62,604 bases of DNA, taken from positions 1 to 62,604 of the IMG/VR virus record IMGVR_UViG_3300003690_000007. One strand, 5' to 3'. Source of the stretch: a virus. Position 1 is the stretch's first letter, and the number at the start of each line of letters is the position of its first letter. Under the pieces are notes generated by a model, which saw nothing but the letters and a program-made list of their open reading frames with translations, did not search any database and was not told the origin of the DNA. This document shows, piece after piece, positions 1-6,984 of the stretch. Made by a program: the position numbers and the translations under genes.

Positions 1-91
1 ACGTCTCGACCTTGGAACAAAAACGCCTGTTCGTTGTCAACAGCGAGACCCACTGCGCTGTCCAGCAGGCGGTGGGGCATCCTGAGCGGGA
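1..91. repeat. 91-bp direct terminal repeat, copy 1 (identical to 62514..62604); circular-assembly overlap or terminal redundancy
   Basis: nt 1-91 (acgtctcgaccttggaacaaaaacgcc...ggggcatcctgagcggga) recur base-for-base as the last 91 nt of the window, in the same orientation. Confidence 0.95.
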
Positions 92-239
92 GGATGCAGA
101 AGAGGATCTGGGCTGCTTCCTGCAAGACCTCGACTCTACCAAGTACAAGATTACGTCAGGCAAATACGTCTGCCGCGCGATGGACGGTAGCGTGATCTGG
201 GAGACCTCCTCCAGCATTGCCTCCTACCTGAGCAACTAA
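1..239 (+). CDS. 3' part of junction-spanning hypothetical protein (full gene 62456..62513 + 1..239, 98 aa)
   Basis: The frame opened by ATG 62456 runs through the repeat and stays in frame to TAA 237-239. ORF-track entry 12..239 is the same frame from an internal TTG. Confidence 0.6.
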   Translation, partial: VSTLEQKRLFVVNSETHCAVQQAVGHPEREDAEEDLGCFLQDLDSTKYKITSGKYVCRAMDGSVIWETSSSIASYLSN

Positions 240-260
240 CCGGGGCCACGCCCCACAACC
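237..260 (+). promoter_or_regulatory. stop-codon-linked GC hairpin repeat, copy 1
   Basis: TAACCGGGGCCACGCCCCACAACC: the stop TAA, then a GGGGC/GCCCC stem with a 3-nt loop and a CA-rich tail. A second small hairpin (GCCTGAACGGGC) and an SD lie before ATG 286. Confidence 0.6.
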
Positions 261-285
261 GCCTGAACGGGCAGAGGAAGAGACG

Positions 286-678
286 ATGAACGACCTGACG
301 ATTATTCCGAGTGTGGGCGACCGGGACCGCACCCCCTTCAAACTGGTCAAGGGCGACCGAGTGGTTATTGACGATGGCTGGAATTTCCACCTCGCCACCG
401 TGGTCGGCTTCGGCAAAGAGTCGGTCAAAGTGAAACCTGACCACCACATTGAGAAGAACCCCGCCGTGAGTTTCGACAAGTACGGATGGCAATGGGGGAC
501 ACGCGGCAACTACGGGTACACGCTGAGGACGATTGAAGAGGCGATGCCCAAAGTGCTGAACTCACTGGCGACACGGAACCGCCTGATGGAAAAGGCGCAG
601 AGAGAGAACAACGATTACGCCGCTCGGCTGGAACTTCTTGACTCCCGAGTCAACGAACTCTGGAGCGAGCGAGTCTAA
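286..678 (+). CDS. hypothetical early protein (130 aa)
   Basis: ATG preceded by gaggaagagacg; bounded by hairpin repeats on both sides; no motif recognised. Confidence 0.7.
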   Translation: MNDLTIIPSVGDRDRTPFKLVKGDRVVIDDGWNFHLATVVGFGKESVKVKPDHHIEKNPAVSFDKYGWQWGTRGNYGYTLRTIEEAMPKVLNSLATRNRLMEKAQRENNDYAARLELLDSRVNELWSERV

Positions 679-699
679 CCGGGGCTTCGCCCCACAACC
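676..699 (+). promoter_or_regulatory. stop-codon-linked GC hairpin repeat, copy 2
   Basis: TAACCGGGGCTTCGCCCCACAACC: same stem as copy 1 with a different loop (TTC), followed by GCCCGAACGGGC and an SD before ATG 725. Confidence 0.6.
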
Positions 700-724
700 G
701 CCCGAACGGGCAAGGGACGAGACG

Positions 725-976
725 ATGGACCTGATCGCACGATACACCAGAAACTTCAAAATTGGACGGTCAACCCATATGGTCGATGTCTACGAAACCT
801 ACACAAAAGATGAAGGGTTAATTGGGAAGCCCATCATTCGCCGCGAGTCTGGTCGCATTAGTGAGTGCTTGCGTGGACTCCCTGTCAACAAAACGCAAAT
901 CGAAATACTTCGGAAATTGGCCCGTCTCAAGGAAGACATGATCGTCCACCCGGATGGAACAGTGACGAACTTCTAA
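725..976 (+). CDS. hypothetical early protein (83 aa)
   Basis: Internal ATG of ORF 638..976, placed just after the repeat leader (aagggacgagacgATG). The upstream 29 codons overlap the hairpin and the previous gene. Confidence 0.65.
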   Translation: MDLIARYTRNFKIGRSTHMVDVYETYTKDEGLIGKPIIRRESGRISECLRGLPVNKTQIEILRKLARLKEDMIVHPDGTVTNF

Positions 977-1007
977 CCGCCCGAACGGGCAAGGAGAGGA
1001 GTAAGCG

Positions 1008-1376
1008 ATGACCGTAATCACGAGTCCAGTGCCTTTGGAAATGCTTCCGCCGGGGACCGACTTCATGTTCTCGACCGGATCACAGGCGACGCTGCAATAC
1101 ATCGGCATGGGCGGCGCAACCATCACTTACCGAGGTCGTCCCCGAGAGGTTGAGTTCATCGACCGGCGCGGGAAGCACCGCACCTTCACCGCTGCCGGAA
1201 AACGCACGACCCGGTGCGCCCGGTGCGTCAACGTCACCGTCGAGGCGCTGCCCGATGGCTGGGCTTGGGGGTCCGCGTTGATGCGGGCGGGGACCAGCGA
1301 CAACGACAACGTGGCGACGTGGGTGTGGGCCGCTGGCGATGACGGGCCGGGCTGGTACGCCCCGCTGCCGGTGTAA
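1008..1376 (+). CDS. hypothetical early protein (122 aa)
   Basis: Strong SD (caaggagaggagtaagcgATG) after a truncated repeat (TAACCGCCCGAACGGGC). Confidence 0.65.
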   Translation: MTVITSPVPLEMLPPGTDFMFSTGSQATLQYIGMGGATITYRGRPREVEFIDRRGKHRTFTAAGKRTTRCARCVNVTVEALPDGWAWGSALMRAGTSDNDNVATWVWAAGDDGPGWYAPLPV

Positions 1377-1395
1377 AAAACACCGCGTTTGATCG

Positions 1396-1424
1396 TTGAC
1401 AGCGAGGCCAACTGCCGCCATACT
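1396..1424 (+). promoter_or_regulatory. sigma70-like promoter
   Basis: TTGACA (1396-1401), 17-nt spacer, CATACT (1419-1424), in the 1377..1463 gap. An AACACCGCGTTT box abuts the -35. Confidence 0.45.
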
Positions 1425-1463
1425 AGAGGTGTGGAGTGGAGGAAACAACGGAAGGGGGACGGG

Positions 1464-1664
1464 ATGAGTGCTGCCAAGAAGCTGCTGTTCAAAAGCATGA
1501 CGTACAGGGCCGTGTCGATTGCAACAAGCGTTGGGGTCGCCGGGGCCGTGACCGGATCAGCATCAATCGGCCTGACTGTCGGGCTGCTCGATTCAGTTTT
1601 TATGATGGCGGTGTTCGTCGTCAACGAGATTCTCTGGGAGAGGGTAGGAGGAACCACCGCATGA
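1464..1664 (+). CDS. small membrane protein, DUF2061-like (66 aa)
   Basis: Internal ATG with SD gaaggggga. Sequence KSMTYRAVSIATSVGVAGAVTGS...VNEILWERV has two hydrophobic helices and resembles the DUF2061 pattern (from recall). Confidence 0.55.
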   Translation: MSAAKKLLFKSMTYRAVSIATSVGVAGAVTGSASIGLTVGLLDSVFMMAVFVVNEILWERVGGTTA

Positions 1665-1972
1665 CGACCATCGACCTGACCAAGTGCCCGGTTGCACTGG
1701 AACACTGGACCGCCGACGAGGTTGCCGAGTGCATCCCCTACGAGGATGACGACAAGCACACCCTCGCCAAGAAGCTCTGGGGTTTCCTGCACGACGCCAA
1801 GAACAAGACCCCGAGCGGTGGCGACGGGACGGACGGAACGGTCGAGTACCCTGACGCCCGATACAACCCCGAGAACGACGACAAGGCTCCGCACTGGTGG
1901 GGCAAGCTGACCGACGACGAGAAGCTGTTGATCATCGCCGGGTGGACAAAGGACTTCGGGGACATCTACTAG
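1661..1972 (+). CDS. hypothetical early protein (103 aa)
   Basis: ATGA start/stop overlap with the previous gene (1661-1664); acidic; no motif. Confidence 0.65.
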   Translation: MTTIDLTKCPVALEHWTADEVAECIPYEDDDKHTLAKKLWGFLHDAKNKTPSGGDGTDGTVEYPDARYNPENDDKAPHWWGKLTDDEKLLIIAGWTKDFGDIY

Positions 1973-1983
1973 GAGGACGCCTG

Positions 1984-2067
1984 ATGGCTTGGCTTTGCCG
2001 AGTGTGCATGAGGTGGGTCTCGGCCCACCGGTTCACCTGCCCGTACTGCCGGGGGGTCAAGAAGTGA
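1984..2067 (+). CDS. 27-aa zinc-ribbon mini-protein (MAWLCRVCMRWVSAHRFTCPYCRGVKK)
   Basis: The perfect SD AGGAGG lies 7 nt upstream of ATG 1984. Contains CxxC-x11-CxxC. Its TGA overlaps GTG 2064 of the next gene. It is below the ORF-track cutoff. Confidence 0.5.
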   Translation: MAWLCRVCMRWVSAHRFTCPYCRGVKK

Positions 2068-2294
2068 AGACCGTGATCCACGTCAATCAGCACAAGATCA
2101 AGGCCAACGCCAAGCACGGCACGCGAGACCCGGTGCTGACGGCGAAGACCTACAAGAGCAACGACTACTGCCATGAGGTGATCATCGACGGCCCGTGCCG
2201 CGTGGTCTACTCGCCCGACAAGCCGCTTTCGTGCGGAGCGAAAGTTTGGATCGAAACCGAGTCGGGAGTCCACTGCGTCGAAAGGAACGACTGA
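2064..2294 (+). CDS. hypothetical early protein (76 aa, GTG start; alternative TTG start at 1989)
   Basis: GTGA overlap with the mini-ORF. The sequence upstream of 2064 in this frame (TTG 1989) has no SD and reads as low complexity. Confidence 0.5.
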   Translation: MKTVIHVNQHKIKANAKHGTRDPVLTAKTYKSNDYCHEVIIDGPCRVVYSPDKPLSCGAKVWIETESGVHCVERND

Positions 2295-2295
2295 C

Positions 2296-2550
2296 ATGAC
2301 TATCACACTCCAGCACCAAGAGGCCGTGCCCGGCACGATTCTGGACGGCACCACGGGGACCGTCAAACGTGACGGCACCATCGTCGGCGACTTCATCGAA
2401 CTCGAACGGGTGCCCGCCCTGTACTTCGCGAGCGCTGACGACGGGGGGGACGTGATGGGGACGCTCGACGAGGTTGTGAAGTTTTTCGGGGGGGTGGACA
2501 CCGAGAAGGGGAACACGCCGAACGATCCTGACGCGGGGGAAGCTCCATGA
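2296..2550 (+). CDS. hypothetical early protein (84 aa)
   Basis: ATG 1 nt after the previous stop; SD aaagga. Confidence 0.65.
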   Translation: MTITLQHQEAVPGTILDGTTGTVKRDGTIVGDFIELERVPALYFASADDGGDVMGTLDEVVKFFGGVDTEKGNTPNDPDAGEAP

Positions 2551-2804
2551 CATTCATGCAGCAGGAGATTGCGTACAGCCAGTGGTACGAGGTCGAAGAC
2601 ACCGACGGCGGGACGTACTGGTACGACGCCCACCTGTTCAGCAGGGACGAGGTCAAGGCGTTCGGCGTGATCAAGAGCATGACCGACGGGTGGGGTGCCC
2701 GCCTGTCGGCACCGGGTTACCTCGACTGCACCGACTGGTGCGTGTTCGAGACTGAGGCCGAGGCGACGGAGTACCTCGACGACACCTACGGGGATGACGA
2801 ATGA
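2547..2804 (+). CDS. hypothetical early protein (85 aa)
   Basis: ATGA overlap coupling at 2547-2550. Confidence 0.7.
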   Translation: MTFMQQEIAYSQWYEVEDTDGGTYWYDAHLFSRDEVKAFGVIKSMTDGWGARLSAPGYLDCTDWCVFETEAEATEYLDDTYGDDE

Positions 2805-2887
2805 CAATGTCGACCGTGCTGATTCTGGTGGTGGGCATCCTGTTCGTCGCCGGGTTCGCGAAACTGATCGGGTGGTACGACGACTAA
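2801..2887 (+). CDS. 28-aa single-pass membrane peptide (MTMSTVLILVVGILFVAGFAKLIGWYDD)
   Basis: ATGA overlap at 2801-2804. It fills the otherwise empty 2805..2900 gap and has one clear hydrophobic helix. Confidence 0.4.
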   Translation: MTMSTVLILVVGILFVAGFAKLIGWYDD

Positions 2888-2900
2888 GGGGGAGAAGAAG

Positions 2901-3263
2901 ATGACGAAGAAACGATGGCACGACAACAGGAAGCGGCGCAGGCGACCCGTGAAGGTCGAGGGGCGCAGCTTCGCGGAGAACTGCCCGCCCTTGCAGGTTG
3001 GAAAGACAGTTCTAGTTTGCCTGAGCAAACAAGACACCGAAGACCCGCGCATCGCCGAGGCGATGAAGCAAGTCTCGGACAGCGGAAACCTGACGACACT
3101 GTTCGAGGCGTTCACCGACTTGTGCGACGTGGGTCGTCTGGTCCGGCGGACCGACGACACGGTCATCATCGACACCGGCAACGGTCTGGAGGTCGAGCAC
3201 ACGCTCGACGAGATCGTCGCCTGCATGGACACCCCAAAAGGGGAAGAAGGGACACGACGATGA
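2901..3263 (+). CDS. hypothetical early protein with basic N-terminus (120 aa)
   Basis: SD aagggggagaagaagATG. Confidence 0.65.
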   Translation: MTKKRWHDNRKRRRRPVKVEGRSFAENCPPLQVGKTVLVCLSKQDTEDPRIAEAMKQVSDSGNLTTLFEAFTDLCDVGRLVRRTDDTVIIDTGNGLEVEHTLDEIVACMDTPKGEEGTRR

Positions 3264-3742
3264 AGTGCAACCTATGTGAAGCCGAGGTTACCGGGGGGAC
3301 GATCTCGTCCTACGCCGGATTTGTCTGCGAGGACGACGGCTGCAAAAACGAAGCCCGCACGCTGCGAGAGTCCGTGATGGGCAAGGCCCGCGCGTATTCG
3401 TTCGACGACATCCCCGAGACGATGGACGTGCCCGCCTTCGAGGACTTCGTTCTCGGGTACGCGGTGAGTGTTCTCGACAACGAGGACAGCCGCAAGGTGA
3501 TTCGCGAGATCAACCCGCTGCTAGTCATCCCCGAGGAACTGGCGCTGTTCTGGAAGGACCGGCTGCTGGAAGGTCTGCGAGACGAACTCGACGCATCGAA
3601 CGAGTTCCTCGACATCAACGAATCTCGTGGTCACGAGCGGTGGTTCCACGGAGGAACCTTTCGATTCATCAAGCCGATCCCGAGCGAGGCGGTTCTGGAA
3701 GTCGCCAAGCGTCTCGGGATGATGGAGACCAATGATGACTGA
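3260..3742 (+). CDS. hypothetical protein with N-terminal Cys cluster (160 aa)
   Basis: ATGA overlap at 3260-3263. Starts MKCNLCEAEV...FVCEDDGC. The long ORF 2915..3742 is this gene plus an out-of-frame shadow over 2901..3263. Confidence 0.7.
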   Translation: MKCNLCEAEVTGGTISSYAGFVCEDDGCKNEARTLRESVMGKARAYSFDDIPETMDVPAFEDFVLGYAVSVLDNEDSRKVIREINPLLVIPEELALFWKDRLLEGLRDELDASNEFLDINESRGHERWFHGGTFRFIKPIPSEAVLEVAKRLGMMETNDD

Positions 3743-4007
3743 ACGACTGCCAATCTGCGTTGCGTGCCGGGTGCAATTCAAGGTCCAGAAAAACGGGGTT
3801 ACGGTTCGCGATCCGAAGGTTTCGGGATGGTTGCCGACGTTCAACCAAGCTGACCTGATGGTATGCCCGGATTGCGGGGTCGAGATTCTGACAGGCTTCG
3901 GCGCGGACTACACAGCGCCCTCGGCCGACGACGGTGCCGAGTGGGCCGAGGGGGCGTTCCTGTGTTTCCCAGACATCCACAGCCGTGACCGGGGGGAGGA
4001 CGCCTGA
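3732..4007 (+). CDS. zinc-ribbon protein (91 aa)
   Basis: CVAC...CPDC pair. Confidence 0.65.
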   Translation: MMTERLPICVACRVQFKVQKNGVTVRDPKVSGWLPTFNQADLMVCPDCGVEILTGFGADYTAPSADDGAEWAEGAFLCFPDIHSRDRGEDA

Positions 4008-4008
4008 T

Positions 4009-4287
4009 ATGAGCCAGTTAGTTCCACTCTGTCCATCCTGCGGCCAGTTCACGCGGGGTCCGCTCGCCGACACCGACGACGGCCCGATGTGCCCGGTCTG
4101 CTTCGAGGGCTGGGAGATCGAGAACCGCTGCGACCGGTGCGACGGCGATGGACGGGCTGACTGCCCGCTGTGTCAAGGGTGCGGTCTGCCGTACTCTGGC
4201 CCGCCCGATGCGGGCTGGTGTTCGCACTGTGCCGGGTCCGGCGTGGTCGTCTGCGACTGTGTCGACGAACCGCCGGAAGACTGGTAA
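4009..4287 (+). CDS. DnaJ-type CxxCxGxG zinc-finger protein (92 aa)
   Basis: Internal ATG 1 nt after the previous stop. Contains CPSC, CPVC, CDRCDGDG, CPLCQGCG and CSHCAGSG repeats. Confidence 0.7.
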   Translation: MSQLVPLCPSCGQFTRGPLADTDDGPMCPVCFEGWEIENRCDRCDGDGRADCPLCQGCGLPYSGPPDAGWCSHCAGSGVVVCDCVDEPPEDW

Positions 4288-4319
4288 GTAAGGCGGGTCG
4301 GAAATACACAGTGTGTTGG

Positions 4320-4348
4320 TTGACAACTGCCGACATAGATGACATAAT
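4320..4348 (+). promoter_or_regulatory. sigma70-like promoter
   Basis: TTGACA (4320-4325), 17-nt spacer, CATAAT (4343-4348), in the 4288..4411 gap. The inverted repeat ACACA-g-TGTGT (4306-4316) abuts the -35. Confidence 0.5.
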
Positions 4349-4411
4349 GGTGGTGGAGGGTGGGACGGCCCCGCCCGGAACCGGGACTGACACGAGAAAG
4401 AGACAACAACA

Positions 4412-4801
4412 ATGGCCGACAAGGGGAAAACGATGACGGACAAGCTGACAACCCTTCCGATTGACCGGGTAACCTCGTTGCGATGCTGGGGCGGCTGTTG
4501 CGTCCTAGCGTCCGATCTCTATGGAACGGAAGACCGGTGCGACGGGAGTCGTGCGGAACGGTTTATCGCCGGATGGACGAACGCGGCCGACATGATCGAA
4601 GTCGACGAACTGGACGAACGCGACTGGGAAGCTGTCAAGACGGTGGTCCTGTCGGAGGTGCTGAATCACGAACCGGCGTTGTTCGCGAAGGCGACCGAGA
4701 TGGTGGAGTGCGATTGCGGTCACGAATGCGGGGCGGCGATGGTCATGTCCGCCAGCACGGGGACAGCCTGCCCGGACTGCTACGACATGATGAGCAACTA
4801 A
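4412..4801 (+). CDS. hypothetical protein with C-terminal CDCGHEC...CPDC module (129 aa; alternative start 4433)
   Basis: The C-terminal 33 aa are nearly identical to those of 4837..5232. Confidence 0.65.
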   Translation: MADKGKTMTDKLTTLPIDRVTSLRCWGGCCVLASDLYGTEDRCDGSRAERFIAGWTNAADMIEVDELDERDWEAVKTVVLSEVLNHEPALFAKATEMVECDCGHECGAAMVMSASTGTACPDCYDMMSN

Positions 4802-4822
4802 CCGGGGCCACGCCCCACAACC
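4799..4822 (+). promoter_or_regulatory. stop-codon-linked GC hairpin repeat, copy 3
   Basis: TAACCGGGGCCACGCCCCACAACC followed by CGAGGAGAGAAACGATG. Confidence 0.6.
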
Positions 4823-4836
4823 CGAGGAGAGAAACG

Positions 4837-5232
4837 ATGACGACCGAGAATGAGTACCACATGATCTATCCCGCCGACCGATGGGTGACGGGCGACTGGC
4901 TGCTGGTCAAGGCATCGGACGCAATCGCAAACAACGGTCTGGAAGACTACGACCTTGGGACGTTCGCGACTGCGACCACACCGGCAACCGGCGCGCGATG
5001 GGCTGGCACGGGCGAGACGATCACGGTCGACGAAGCTATCTCCATTCTGCTTGACACCGGAGATATCACCGTGGTGAAGCACACAGCCCATGCGAACATC
5101 GACGCCGCTCCGACCCGCGTGGTGCCCGAGATGGTGGCGTGCGATTGCGGTCACGAATGCGGGGCGGCAATGGTCATGTCCGCCAGCGTGGGGACATCCT
5201 GCCCGGACTGCTACGACATGATGAGCGACTAA
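4837..5232 (+). CDS. paralogue of 4412..4801 (131 aa)
   Basis: Internal ATG directly after the repeat leader. Shares the C-terminal module MVACDCGHECGAAMVMSASVGTSCPDCYDMMSD. Confidence 0.7.
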   Translation: MTTENEYHMIYPADRWVTGDWLLVKASDAIANNGLEDYDLGTFATATTPATGARWAGTGETITVDEAISILLDTGDITVVKHTAHANIDAAPTRVVPEMVACDCGHECGAAMVMSASVGTSCPDCYDMMSD

Positions 5233-5253
5233 TCGGGGCAACGCCCCACAACC
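5230..5253 (+). promoter_or_regulatory. stop-codon-linked GC hairpin repeat, copy 4
   Basis: TAATCGGGGCAACGCCCCACAACC followed by CGAGGAGATAAACAATG (loop AAC). Confidence 0.6.
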
Positions 5254-5267
5254 CGAGGAGATAAACA

Positions 5268-5504
5268 ATGACGACCGCGAACATTTGGATCGGACGAGCT
5301 TATGAATTCATGGACGGTTGGGTGCGGTACGGAAAACGTCACGCCTTTCACATGGTGGATGGCTACCGGACAGTTTCTATCTGCGGGACGATGGACATCA
5401 CCGACCGCCGAGATGTGGACCCGGAACCCGACGGCAGTTTCCCAACATGCAAGACCTGTATGAAGAAGATGGTTGATGTCGATACCAGTTCCCTCTTAGC
5501 GTAA
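5268..5504 (+). CDS. hypothetical early protein (78 aa)
   Basis: SD gaggag in the repeat leader; possible C...C / CxxC metal site (SICG...CKTC). Confidence 0.65.
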   Translation: MTTANIWIGRAYEFMDGWVRYGKRHAFHMVDGYRTVSICGTMDITDRRDVDPEPDGSFPTCKTCMKKMVDVDTSSLLA

Positions 5505-5505
5505 A

Positions 5506-5526
5506 CAACCACCAACCACCAACCAC
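5506..5526 (+). repeat. CAACCAC x3 tandem repeat in a 5' leader
   Basis: caaccac caaccac caaccac lies immediately upstream of gagagagaaaaccATG (5541). The same CA-rich flavour appears in the CACAACC tail of the hairpin repeats. Confidence 0.7.
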
Positions 5527-5540
5527 CGAGAGAGAAAACC

Positions 5541-5777
5541 ATGACGACAATCACTCCCACAGCCGAGGCACTTGAGATCATCGAGAACAAGATCAACCAA
5601 GAGTCGGATCGCCTTCGCTCAACAATCCGCCGCTGGCGAGAGACCGCGCAAGCACGGTTGTCGATCGGGGACGAGGCTGGTGCCGACCGGTACTTGGCAA
5701 TGTCTGCTGAGGCACGGGTGAAGATTCACACGCTCAGCGCGTCAGTCATGGCGATCAAGTCTGTTCTCGGAAACTAG
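5541..5777 (+). CDS. hypothetical early protein, helical (78 aa)
   Basis: ORF with a purine-rich leader. Confidence 0.65.
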   Translation: MTTITPTAEALEIIENKINQESDRLRSTIRRWRETAQARLSIGDEAGADRYLAMSAEARVKIHTLSASVMAIKSVLGN

Positions 5778-5837
5778 GAACCTGCCACCACCAACTAGGG
5801 GCAACCTGCTCCCCGGCCCAACCCAAGGAGATAAACG

Positions 5838-6107
5838 ATGACCAACTATCACCGTCTGACAGCCGCGCAGTTGAGAACCTTCAAGCAGGCTGCCAACCAT
5901 ATGTTTGGGGGCGGCAGATTCACCGTTGGGCGGCTGGCGCGCTGCCTTGACCGTGCTGCTGCCATACGCCTTGTCACCTTGGTTGACCGGCACGGCCTGC
6001 TTGCAGGTTGTAACCAGTTCGCAGCCATTTGCGCCGCATGGTCTGAACCTGTCTTCTGGTGGGACTGCCCATCGAGCGGGACCGCTACTGGTCCCCGACA
6101 CCACTGA
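5838..6107 (+). CDS. hypothetical early protein (89 aa)
   Basis: A degenerate hairpin repeat (GGGGCAACCTGCTCCCC) and aaggagataaacgATG lie upstream. Confidence 0.55.
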   Translation: MTNYHRLTAAQLRTFKQAANHMFGGGRFTVGRLARCLDRAAAIRLVTLVDRHGLLAGCNQFAAICAAWSEPVFWWDCPSSGTATGPRHH

Positions 6108-6143
6108 GTGAACTCCGGGGATAAGAAACACCGGTTTAGTTCC

Positions 6144-6172
6144 TTGACACGGGCCTACTATGTTGATAGTAT
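6144..6172 (+). promoter_or_regulatory. sigma70-like promoter
   Basis: TTGACA (6144-6149), 17-nt spacer, TAGTAT (6167-6172), in the 6108..6190 gap. An AACACCGGTTT box (6127-6137) lies upstream of the -35. Confidence 0.5.
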
Positions 6173-6190
6173 GTAGTTGGAGGTGAGAGG

Positions 6191-6475
6191 ATGACCAAGG
6201 CCCTGACAGGAGAACCGAGAATGGACAAGGCCCCCTACCGCTGGAAGATCACAAAGGACCACATCGGAACCGAAGCCGCCGGGGTGGAGGGTCCGAGGAA
6301 CGCCGACCGGGACGAGAAGTCGAACCCCTCGAGGTTCAGCCTCTACGACGCGGACGGCGAGTGCTACTACGAGGGAATGATCTACGGGGTCTACTCCGGC
6401 TTCGAGCCGCTGGACGACTTCGGGACGCCAAACGCCGGGGCCGTCAATGTGAAGCTCAACGGAGAGTGGCTCTAG
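6191..6475 (+). CDS. hypothetical early protein (94 aa)
   Basis: SD ggaggtgagaggATG. Confidence 0.65.
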   Translation: MTKALTGEPRMDKAPYRWKITKDHIGTEAAGVEGPRNADRDEKSNPSRFSLYDADGECYYEGMIYGVYSGFEPLDDFGTPNAGAVNVKLNGEWL

Positions 6476-6501
6476 GAACCCCTAACCGAGGAGACCTGAG
6501 A

Positions 6502-6759
6502 ATGAGCAAGGAACTGAAAACGGGCACGACCTACAACGGCTGGCGAAACCACGCCACTTGGAACGTGGCCCTTTGGATCGGCAACGACGAGGGGCTGTAC
6601 CACCTCGCTCTGGAAAGCGAGAACTACTCGGCCTTCGCCGAGACGATGCGGGAGCTTGGCTCGGTCGAGACCGACGACAAGGTCGCTTGGAACGACTCGG
6701 CACTCGACACCGACGCTCTGGACGAAATGATCCTCGAACTGAAAGGCGAAGCAGCATGA
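6502..6759 (+). CDS. hypothetical early protein (85 aa)
   Basis: Internal ATG with SD gaggagacctgaga. The motif [23 protein letters not shown] recalls a recurrent uncharacterised phage family. Confidence 0.7.
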   Translation: MSKELKTGTTYNGWRNHATWNVALWIGNDEGLYHLALESENYSAFAETMRELGSVETDDKVAWNDSALDTDALDEMILELKGEAA

Positions 6760-6974
6760 GCTACATCACCCTCACACCGGCCTACGGGCGCGACTACAAG
6801 AGCAAGGCGGCGGTGCTTGCCGACTGGAACGCGGACAAGGACTTCGTGATCGCCAGCATCGGCCACCCCTACGACGGGAAGCCCATGAACAGGGCCGACG
6901 CCGCCAGCACGCCGAACGACAGCTACAACGTCCGGTACGACCGCCTGCGAAAGATCACCCCTGTCACCGCCTGA
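6756..6974 (+). CDS. hypothetical early protein (72 aa)
   Basis: ATGA overlap at 6756-6759. Confidence 0.7.
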   Translation: MSYITLTPAYGRDYKSKAAVLADWNADKDFVIASIGHPYDGKPMNRADAASTPNDSYNVRYDRLRKITPVTA

Positions 6975-6984
6975 AAGGAAAACC

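Noticed and set aside
1369-1390. Hairpin CGGTGT-aaaaa-ACACCG after gene 1008..1376 as an intrinsic terminator
   Set aside because: The stem is short (6 bp) and AT-containing, with a poor U tract. The sequence is better explained as part of the AACAC...GTTT box shared with other promoters.
2915-3259. N-terminal 115 codons of the 275-aa ORF 2915..3742
   Set aside because: The sequence is Arg-rich and fully overlaps the better ORF 2901..3263. An ATGA-coupled internal start at 3260 gives a sensible zinc-ribbon N-terminus.
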